Shown here piece by piece: positions 7,929 to 14,912 of a stretch of DNA of 64,000 nucleotides. The DNA comes from Bifidobacteriaceae bacterium. Lineage in GTDB: Bacteria; Actinomycetota; Actinomycetes; Actinomycetales; WQXJ01. The stretch's first letter is position 1. Every line of letters starts with the position of its first letter. The notes below the pieces were generated by a model, which made no database searches, was not told the origin of the DNA, and worked only from the letters and a program-made list of their open reading frames with translations. The stretch covers positions 33,710-97,709 of the forward strand of contig JAISXH010000022.1 in assembly GCA_031270825.1 (NCBI GenBank), written 5' to 3'. The translations under genes and the position numbers were made by a program.

Positions 7929-10547
7929 ATGGAAGTGCTAGTAGACGAATACGTTCAATCTCGCGTCGCGGGTCTACCGGCACCTGTCTTGGCGAACCTG
8001 CGCACTAGCGCGGCGCTGCGCTGGGTCGGCGACCTTGACCAGGCCGAAGCTGCGCTGGCCGAGGCGGTTGAGGTAGCTACCGACGGTCTGTATGAGCTGA
8101 TCGGGAAAACAGATCGCGGTGTTGGGCGCAAGCACCTGGTCGAATTGCGCCGTAACCTGCATAACGGTCGCTACGACCGGGCGCGAGACAACCTGGACCG
8201 CGCTCCGGTGAGAGTACAGGAAACCGCTGCGGCCCTCGCCGAACCCGTATTCGCCGCCGCCAAGCGGCTCAAGGGCCTAGCTGAAATTGGCGAAAAGGCC
8301 TACCAGAACTGGCTCTTGGAAGAGCGACGCGGGCTGGGGAATCTCCTTGAAGAAGATGACTTCGCCCGCGGAATCGCCGTGGCGGCCCCGGCGGCGGCGA
8401 AAGACTTTCTCCGCTACCAGAAGGCCAGCGTGACGGGAGACGCCCTGACCAAGAACCAGCGTAAGGCAGAACGCAGCCTGCTGCAATATGCACTGCGCAC
8501 GGCCGCGAAAACATCTCCTTTCTCGAGCCTGACCCGCGTGGCCTTAGTGCGATGCGCTGACGGGGCCGCCAGGGATGACAGCGCCGAGACGCAGACCGTC
8601 GACGTCTCCCGGCCTTCGGTATACCCGATCTGCATCGCGCTCGATGCCTTGGGCCGGGACGAAGACGCCATCCTCCCGATGCGCGTCATGATAGCTCCAA
8701 TTATCGCAGAGGAGATGGACAACATGATCGTTGTCTATCGCTCTGAGTACGATTTTTCTGAAGCGACCGGAGAGGCCGACCAGGCGTCGGTTGTTGAATC
8801 GCTGGTGCGGATCGAACAGGGTCAGTTGTGCCGCATTGTCAAGGATGCCTACGAAGCCGGACATCGAACGGTAGCCACGCTAGTGGGTGCCATGGTCGAA
8901 TTGGGAATCACTCGAAAGACGGCGCTGGGGGCTATCCTCGAGCTGATCCGTCTGGGTTTTCTGATAGTTCCTGACCTGCGTTTTCACCCGCACATCGGCA
9001 CGGAAGCGACTCTCAGTTCGGTGGTTCGAAGGATCGACTCGCTCAAGACTGGAGAAGTAGGCCAAGCAGTCGCCGAATATGTCGATATTGCAGAATCGTT
9101 CTCCCATGTGGCCGACCTTTCCGAGCGCACATCCAAGATCGACTCGATCCGTGGGGCGGTGGAGCGTCTATACCAGGTCTCTGGTTGCCCTGGCGCACCG
9201 GTTCCCCATTCTGTGGTTTATGAAGATTCCGGACTGCTTGGCATTCGCGAACTACCCCGGTCCACGTTTGAGTTTGGTGGCGTCGACCGTCTCTTCACAT
9301 TGGCCGACATCCTCGACGACAACCAAGTTCCACGAGCGCTCCTGCGCGGGTTCTTCCTGAAGCTTTATGGGCCCGAGGGGCGCTGTCCCAACGTGCCGGC
9401 GTTCCTCGACGCCTTCAAGTCGGAACTGTACAACTCGTATCTCGGGCGAGATGACTCGAGTATTCGACGTGAGGCCGTCGCTTGCGATCCTTGGCTGCGC
9501 TGGGGTGAAGCTTGGCGATGGGACTCTGCTCGCGCCAGGTTGCTGGACCTCGTCGCCGCGGCGCCTCCCGAGGGGGGGCAGGTGGACATAGAGGAGTTCA
9601 TGGCGCCGGGTGGGCCGGTCATGGAATTGATGCCGGATGTCGTCTTTCCCTTCCGGCACATCAACCTGTTCGCCCAGATTGCTGAGGGCGGCACCCTAGT
9701 GGTCAACAACAGCTTTGGGGGGCCTGGCTTCGGCTTGTCGCGCTTTGCGCACCTCTTCGGAGGCGACGGAGAGAAGTGTGTCCGCTCGGTCGAACAGTTG
9801 GCCCGTTCGGCCGGAGTCTCCCTTCACGAACTACTCGGCGGCGCGGCAGTCACGAACCTGAATTTGCATGGTCCGCTGTTGGACGCTGAGTTGCGAATGC
9901 CAGGTGATCCCGAGGGGTCGCGGGCACGGCGGAGGACCGACATTTTCGACCTAGACCTCATTTACCGGGGCAGCCAACAACGGCTGGCGTTGGTCCACCG
10001 GTTCAGCGGCGAAGAGGTGATGCCCACGTACATGGGCTACCTGGTTCCTTTCGCCACTCCCACTTCCCATCAGTTGATCAGTCTGCTGGCACCTCCAGTC
10101 ACACTGGGGCGGGGCCTTTGGCGGGAGGAACAACCCACGAACGATCTGGAACAGGTCAAGGCCCGTCCCCGCGTGGTGATAGGCAACCGAATAGTTGTCA
10201 GCCGCGCCGCGTGGGACGTTCCCGCAGGATCTATTCCGGCGGAGGATCCGACATCTCCAGCCGGCCTAGTCGAGTGGCACCGCCGGTGGCGGTCGTTGGG
10301 ACTGCCTGACCTCTCGTACGTAACTATCAAGGACTCGTCGTCCAAGCGGCCAAAGCCCCGGTTCTATGACACGAGTTCGCTTCTCGCCTCGGCAACGCTA
10401 GCTCACGAATGGCGCACACGAGGCGGGGTTCTTCGGGTCACGGAGGCCCTTCCGGTCCCACCGCTACTGGACGACACGAGCAAGGCCCGAGTCGAAGAAT
10501 TCATCGTAGGTTTCAGCGCAATCGAAAGAACGGAGGAAGTGATATGA
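7929..10547 (+). CDS. Lantibiotic-dehydratase N-terminal (glutamylation) protein, split-LanB type
   Basis: 872 aa. 'LQYALRTAAKTSPFSSLTRVALV' and 'HINLFAQIAEGGTLVVNNSFGGPGFGLSRFAHLF' look like Lant_dehydr_N. The ATG at 7929 follows GAAGGAAGCAGG. The ORF-track start at 7866 overlaps the SagB gene. Confidence 0.8.
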   Translation: MEVLVDEYVQSRVAGLPAPVLANLRTSAALRWVGDLDQAEAALAEAVEVATDGLYELIGKTDRGVGRKHLVELRRNLHNGRYDRARDNLDRAPVRVQETAAALAEPVFAAAKRLKGLAEIGEKAYQNWLLEERRGLGNLLEEDDFARGIAVAAPAAAKDFLRYQKASVTGDALTKNQRKAERSLLQYALRTAAKTSPFSSLTRVALVRCADGAARDDSAETQTVDVSRPSVYPICIALDALGRDEDAILPMRVMIAPIIAEEMDNMIVVYRSEYDFSEATGEADQASVVESLVRIEQGQLCRIVKDAYEAGHRTVATLVGAMVELGITRKTALGAILELIRLGFLIVPDLRFHPHIGTEATLSSVVRRIDSLKTGEVGQAVAEYVDIAESFSHVADLSERTSKIDSIRGAVERLYQVSGCPGAPVPHSVVYEDSGLLGIRELPRSTFEFGGVDRLFTLADILDDNQVPRALLRGFFLKLYGPEGRCPNVPAFLDAFKSELYNSYLGRDDSSIRREAVACDPWLRWGEAWRWDSARARLLDLVAAAPPEGGQVDIEEFMAPGGPVMELMPDVVFPFRHINLFAQIAEGGTLVVNNSFGGPGFGLSRFAHLFGGDGEKCVRSVEQLARSAGVSLHELLGGAAVTNLNLHGPLLDAELRMPGDPEGSRARRRTDIFDLDLIYRGSQQRLALVHRFSGEEVMPTYMGYLVPFATPTSHQLISLLAPPVTLGRGLWREEQPTNDLEQVKARPRVVIGNRIVVSRAAWDVPAGSIPAEDPTSPAGLVEWHRRWRSLGLPDLSYVTIKDSSSKRPKPRFYDTSSLLASATLAHEWRTRGGVLRVTEALPVPPLLDDTSKARVEEFIVGFSAIERTEEVI

Positions 10548-11608
10548 CTTCCCAATTGACACCCATCCGAGCATCCTTGATCGGCCGGCGGCCCGAGTGG
10601 CTATCGTTCCACATTTTCTATGGCTCCAACCCGCTTGGACTCCTCACCCGCTGTGTCCGCCCGCTCGTCCACCAGCTCAAGACTGAAGGCAAACTGGAGC
10701 GGTGGTTCTACATTAACTATTGGCTAGAGGGCAACCACATCCGCTTGCGCCTAGGCGTCCCGGACAAGGCGACCGCGACAGAAGTCGAAATGCGGGTCAC
10801 TGTAGCTGTGGAGGAATACTTGGCGCTCAACCCCTCTTTTCATCCGGCAGCCGAATTGGAGTCGACGGACTATTACGCTGAGCTGTTCGAGGCCGAGTTT
10901 TCCGCAGAAGAACGCGGGCAATACTTCAACGCCGACGGCACGCCAATACTGCAGCCGGACAACAGCGTTCGGATACGCCGTTACGAACCCGAGTGGGACC
11001 GCTACGGAGGCGCCAAGGGCGTTGAGATCGCAGAGGAGCACTTCGAGCTCTCAGCGGAGATCGCCTCCAAACTCATAGCTAAAGGGAACATGTCGGTGCG
11101 CAGCTTCCAGCTCGGTGTCGGCGCCGAGCTTATGGCTGTTCTTGTCGGCGTCCTGTTCCCGAATCCGGCCACCGGGCGGGCCTTCCTTGAGAATTATCAC
11201 GCCCGCTGGAGTGGCATGTTCGGCACGACGAAGAACTATGTTGAGCGCCACAATCAGGGACGGTTCACCGACAATCGCCGCGTCATGATGAACCATGTGG
11301 TCCCCGTGTGCCAGGCCGCACGGGCCGGTGGCCACGGCCTCACAGGTGTGCTCAAGGAATGGCACGACGCTGTGACTCACACGCGCAACCGTCTGGAGGA
11401 CGTAGGCCGGAACGAGGAGTTGCGCTTCGCTTGGGAAGGAGGCGAGGAGACCACCAGCGACATTGACCGCCTGTGCTGGCGGGAGGGCTTTTCGCTTCAG
11501 CACATGATGGACAATCGCCTCCTGCTGTCGGTCTCTGATGAGGCTTATCTGTCTTTCGAACTCCTCAAAGCGCTTGAGACGGCGGATGTGGATGAGGTGG
11601 CAGTATGA
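10544..11608 (+). CDS. SpaB_C / thiopeptide-type bacteriocin biosynthesis domain protein (glutamate-elimination enzyme or [4+2] pyridine synthase; not distinguishable by eye)
   Basis: 'WLSFHIFYGSNP...LERWFYINYWLEGNHIRLRL' is the characteristic N-terminal pattern of the Lant_dehydr_C family. ATGA overlap with the LanB stop at 10544-10547. Confidence 0.75.
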   Translation: MTSQLTPIRASLIGRRPEWLSFHIFYGSNPLGLLTRCVRPLVHQLKTEGKLERWFYINYWLEGNHIRLRLGVPDKATATEVEMRVTVAVEEYLALNPSFHPAAELESTDYYAELFEAEFSAEERGQYFNADGTPILQPDNSVRIRRYEPEWDRYGGAKGVEIAEEHFELSAEIASKLIAKGNMSVRSFQLGVGAELMAVLVGVLFPNPATGRAFLENYHARWSGMFGTTKNYVERHNQGRFTDNRRVMMNHVVPVCQAARAGGHGLTGVLKEWHDAVTHTRNRLEDVGRNEELRFAWEGGEETTSDIDRLCWREGFSLQHMMDNRLLLSVSDEAYLSFELLKALETADVDEVAV

Positions 11609-12735
11609 ACCGCACAGCTGACGCGCGAACTTGGAGCCCGAGCCTCTCGGACCGCCTATTGATTGGACCACCCACGTGGAACGGCGGGGCCATGACAGCT
11701 GAGATCGCCTTGGCGGGAGAAGCTCGAACTTGGAATGCTGGCCTGCTCGAACTCCTCGTTTTGGAGTCGATCGACGGCGAACGCGACATCCCCGCCATTG
11801 CGGCACACGTATCTGAACGGACCGGCCGTGCGGTCGAAACCGGGATGGTTGGTCAAGTCGTCGGACGGTTGGCGGTCAACGGCATCGTACAACGTGACTT
11901 GGGTGTGGAGACCGAATCGATGCGCCAGGCGGACGCTCGATCCGATGAAGCAGCGAAGGCGATGGACGGCGTCGAACGCATCGATCAGGGGCTCTTTGGA
12001 ACGCTATCTAGTGCCATGTGGAAGCTCGGACGGCGCCTTCCTACCGTCGGGATCGCTTCGGTGGCGGCCGGCGCGGCTCTTGCCGCCGTAGCACTTTTCG
12101 CCGTGAACGCTGATGTCTACCTGGCAGCGTTGCGAGCTGTGCGCCATGGGCGGGCGGCCGATGCCGTGATCGCGCTGGTGGCGTGCCTCGCCTGGCAGCT
12201 CCTAGTTATCGTGGCGCACGAATTCGCTCACGGACTGACCTTTAGTTCGATCAACATCCGCCGGCCAGTCCTTGCGCTAACCAAAGTCGGGCGCAGGACC
12301 CTGCCCAACACTCAGCTAGACGGACTGTGGCTGGTGCCTTCCACCGCTCGGCGGCTAGCTGTGGTGGCGGTCGGCCCGCTCATCTCAATCTCATCGGCGA
12401 TCGTGCCCGCTGCCGTGCTCGTGGTCACAGCGCCAAGCTCGCTCTTGGCTGACTGGGCGGTATTCGCCCTAAGCATGGAAATCCTAATGGCCGTCCTCAA
12501 CCTGGGCCCATTTCGCTATTCCGACGGCACACGGCTTATCGAATCCTGGGCGAGGTGTCGCAACCTGCCGGCCCTCGCTGTCGCAAGGGTCGTGGCTAAA
12601 CAGCCGCTCCGGGCCGGTGTCCCCAGGCGGGCCCGCCGCGCCATCGCCGCCTACCTGCCCGCGTCAGGTCTCAGCTCGCTCTTGCTGCTTGCAGCGGCCG
12701 CCCTGTGGGTCTTGACCGTACTGGGGGTCGTCTAA
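11605..12735 (+). CDS. Fusion of a PqqD-like (RRE-type) N-terminal domain to an M50-like polytopic metallopeptidase
   Basis: 'HEFAHGLTF' (HExxH) and 'NLGPFRYSDGTRL' (NxxPxxxxDG) with at least 5 hydrophobic helices. The N-terminal 'LLELLVLESIDGERDIPAIAAHVSERTGRAVETGMVGQVVGRLAVNGIVQ' follows the PqqD/RRE pattern. ATGA overlap with the preceding gene. Confidence 0.7.
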   Translation: MNRTADARTWSPSLSDRLLIGPPTWNGGAMTAEIALAGEARTWNAGLLELLVLESIDGERDIPAIAAHVSERTGRAVETGMVGQVVGRLAVNGIVQRDLGVETESMRQADARSDEAAKAMDGVERIDQGLFGTLSSAMWKLGRRLPTVGIASVAAGAALAAVALFAVNADVYLAALRAVRHGRAADAVIALVACLAWQLLVIVAHEFAHGLTFSSINIRRPVLALTKVGRRTLPNTQLDGLWLVPSTARRLAVVAVGPLISISSAIVPAAVLVVTAPSSLLADWAVFALSMEILMAVLNLGPFRYSDGTRLIESWARCRNLPALAVARVVAKQPLRAGVPRRARRAIAAYLPASGLSSLLLLAAAALWVLTVLGVV

Positions 12736-12768
12736 CGCCCCATTCCCCGCGAAAGCGGAACCCAAAGC

Positions 12769-12790
12769 TTCGAGGCCACCAGGCCTCGAG
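12769..12790 (+). other. Stem-loop between peptidase gene and precursor gene (plus GNRA hairpin CCGCgaaaGCGG at 12747-12758)
   Basis: tTCGAGGCC-acca-GGCCTCGAg forms an 8-9 bp stem with a 4-nt loop. No T-tract follows. Confidence 0.35.
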
Positions 12791-12868
12791 GGGGCAGCGG
12801 GCCAGCCGGTCCGCGCCAAAACCTGAATGATCCGGGCCAATTGGCCCCAGAACCACAAAGGAGCACCC

Positions 12869-13048
12869 ATGTCCAACACCGATATCGCGGGCCTTGCCGC
12901 CGAGCTTGACGCTCTGAACGCCGAGACGCTGGAAGTCAAGGATTACGTCGACTACTCCGACGCAGCCTTCGCCTCAAGTTCGTCCTGCAGTTCGACCACT
13001 TCCACGTGCTCGTCCTGCAGCTCGACATCGTCGTGCGCCGCGCTGTGA
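12869..13048 (+). CDS. RiPP precursor peptide (59 aa): acidic helical leader + Ser/Thr/Cys-only core
   Basis: The ATG at 12869 lies 7 nt after AAAGGAG. Sequence: MSNTDIAGLAAELDALNAETLEVKDYVDYSDAAFA-SSSSCSSTTSTCSSCSSTSSC-AAL. It sits inside the biosynthetic operon, directly upstream of the ABC exporter. Confidence 0.85.
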   Translation: MSNTDIAGLAAELDALNAETLEVKDYVDYSDAAFASSSSCSSTTSTCSSCSSTSSCAAL

Positions 13049-13058
13049 CCGGCCGGCA

Positions 13059-13130
13059 CCGACAGTAGGCCGCAATGGCGGCTGTCGGAGGGGTCCGGGC
13101 GCGGTCTAGGCCGTTCTAAACCCCTCCGAC
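13059..13130 (+). terminator. Two mutually exclusive stem-loops immediately after the precursor stop (possible partial terminator / mRNA-stabilising hairpin)
   Basis: CCGACAG(13059-13065)/CTGTCGG(13082-13088) competes with GTCGGAGGGGT(13084-13094)/ACCCCTCCGAC(13120-13130), which is an 11-bp stem. No clear U-tract. Confidence 0.4.
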
Positions 13131-13174
13131 ACCGCCTTGAACCGCAGTTCGATTCCTACAAGAGGAGGCACGCA

Positions 13175-14173
13175 GTGAGCACTTCCGGCCTAGCGCTATT
13201 CATGGGCAACAGTCGTGTGCGAGACCTTTCCGGCAGCCCGATCCAGGCGAAACCGCCGAAGGCCGACTCGCCCGCCATCGCAGCACGAGGCGTCAGCAAG
13301 ACCTACGGGACCGTGGCAGCCCTGACTGACGTGGATCTCGAGGTCGCCCCCGGCGAGTTCTACGGGCTAATCGGGCCTAACGGAGCCGGCAAGACCACTC
13401 TGATGGAGATTATCCAAGGGTTGCTTGCCGCAGATTCGGGAACCATTTCGATACTCGGCGGTAGACCCGCCGACCGTTCTCCGGCGCTCCTGCGCCGGGT
13501 TGGCATCCAGCCCCAGAACACCGCTTTCTTCACGCGGGCGACCGCCCGTGAACACCTAACAACACTGGCCGACATCTACAGGGTTGAGCGGCGCCGAGTC
13601 GACTCGACGCTCGAGGCTTTCGGATTGGTCAGCGCGGCAAAGACGCGCGTGGACAAACTCTCGGGCGGAGAACGCCAGAAGCTGGCCGTGGCTTCGGCGA
13701 TGCTCCACGACCCGGAAGTGCTGTTCCTGGATGAACCCACAGCCGCGATGGACACCGAGTCGCGGGCCGAATTGGTCCACATGCTTAAGGGCCTTCGCGC
13801 CGGAGCGACCACCGTTCTTTACACCACCCATCTGCTGCACGAAGCAGAACGTCTGTGCGACCGGATCGCCATTCTTGACCACGGACAGATCATAGCGAAT
13901 GACACACCCGCTCAGTTGCTGGCTGATTCAGGTTTGCCTAGCCGCATCATTCTGCCGCTGGAGGCCGGCCGACTGGACCGGATCAAGTCCCTTCCCGAAG
14001 TGTTGGAAATCGACCTGCGAGACGGGCAGGTCGAAATCGCCGTCATGGCGGCAGGACCGGCGCTGGCCGCCTTGGTTCGTGCCGGTCTGGACGTGTCCGA
14101 CGTCCGTGTCGAGGCGGCGACTTTGGAAGACGTCTTTCTACGGCTCTCTGGAAAGGAGCACCACGATGAATAG
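13175..14173 (+). CDS. ABC transporter ATP-binding protein
   Basis: Walker A 'GPNGAGKTT', signature 'LSGGERQK', Walker B 'VLFLDEPT'. The GTG at 13175 follows AGAGGAGG. Confidence 0.95.
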   Translation: MSTSGLALFMGNSRVRDLSGSPIQAKPPKADSPAIAARGVSKTYGTVAALTDVDLEVAPGEFYGLIGPNGAGKTTLMEIIQGLLAADSGTISILGGRPADRSPALLRRVGIQPQNTAFFTRATAREHLTTLADIYRVERRRVDSTLEAFGLVSAAKTRVDKLSGGERQKLAVASAMLHDPEVLFLDEPTAAMDTESRAELVHMLKGLRAGATTVLYTTHLLHEAERLCDRIAILDHGQIIANDTPAQLLADSGLPSRIILPLEAGRLDRIKSLPEVLEIDLRDGQVEIAVMAAGPALAALVRAGLDVSDVRVEAATLEDVFLRLSGKEHHDE

Positions 14174-14909
14174 CTTTGTGTCTCTGGCGAGGGCGCAAGG
14201 GCGAGCCAGCCTGCGCGATCCCGCGACGTTGTTCTTTACTTTCCTCTTCCCCGTCCTCCTGCTGGTGGTGTTCTCGCGGGCGTTCGGTCAGGCGGCGGGG
14301 CCTGATGGTGTTCTCGCGATGCAGGCGGTGGGCCCGAACGTGGTGGCTTTCGGCGCCGCCTATGTTGGGATGTTCACGGCTTCCCAGTCGCTGGTCGAGT
14401 GGCGCGCATCCGGAATGAGCCGGGTCCTTTTCGCCGCGCCGGTCCGAACCGGCGGAGTGCTGGCTGCGAATCTGGCGGTCGGTCTGGCTTTGGGGCTCGC
14501 CCAGGCCGGGATCCTGGTGGCGTTGTCCGTGTTGCCGGGCCTCAACATGTCGCTGTCCGCTAGCGCCTGGCTGGCCCTACCAGTCGTGACGCTGGGCATA
14601 GCGGCCTTCTTCAGCATTGGCATGGTGATAGGGGCGCTGTGTAAGACGGTGGCGTCAGCCGCAGGTGCGATCAACGCAGTCGTTTTACCCATGGCCTATG
14701 TCTCTGGCGCTATGCTCCCGGCGGAACTCTTGCCGGACTGGGCCACTGCGATCGGTCGCGCTCTGCCGATGCGCTATATGGTCGAAGCGATTGGCGGCAG
14801 CCTGACCGGAGTGGCGCCGTCGTCCACGATCGGTCTGGGAGCAATCGTCTTGGCTGGGGTCGCGGCATTATTCTTTGGTGGCGCCACGAAGATCGTAAAA
14901 TGGCTGTGA
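14166..14909 (+). CDS. ABC-2 type transporter permease
   Basis: The ATG at 14166 overlaps the ATPase stop. Six hydrophobic segments, and the size and position are typical of ABC-2 exporter permeases. The ORF-track start at 13899 lies inside the ATPase gene. Confidence 0.8.
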   Translation: MNSFVSLARAQGRASLRDPATLFFTFLFPVLLLVVFSRAFGQAAGPDGVLAMQAVGPNVVAFGAAYVGMFTASQSLVEWRASGMSRVLFAAPVRTGGVLAANLAVGLALGLAQAGILVALSVLPGLNMSLSASAWLALPVVTLGIAAFFSIGMVIGALCKTVASAAGAINAVVLPMAYVSGAMLPAELLPDWATAIGRALPMRYMVEAIGGSLTGVAPSSTIGLGAIVLAGVAALFFGGATKIVKWL

Positions 14910-14912
14910 CCA
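14763..14912 (+). repeat. Left copy of 150-bp direct repeat (3' end of permease gene + first codons of YcaO-2)
   Basis: Hand alignment to 18127..18276 shows 5 mismatches in 150 nt. Confidence 0.9.

Noticed and set aside
13037-13048. The precursor C-terminus 'CAAL' looks like a eukaryotic CaaX prenylation box.
   Set aside because: No prenyltransferase or CPBP/CaaX-protease gene is in the cluster. Short C-terminal follower residues are common in azole RiPP precursors, so this is most likely coincidental.
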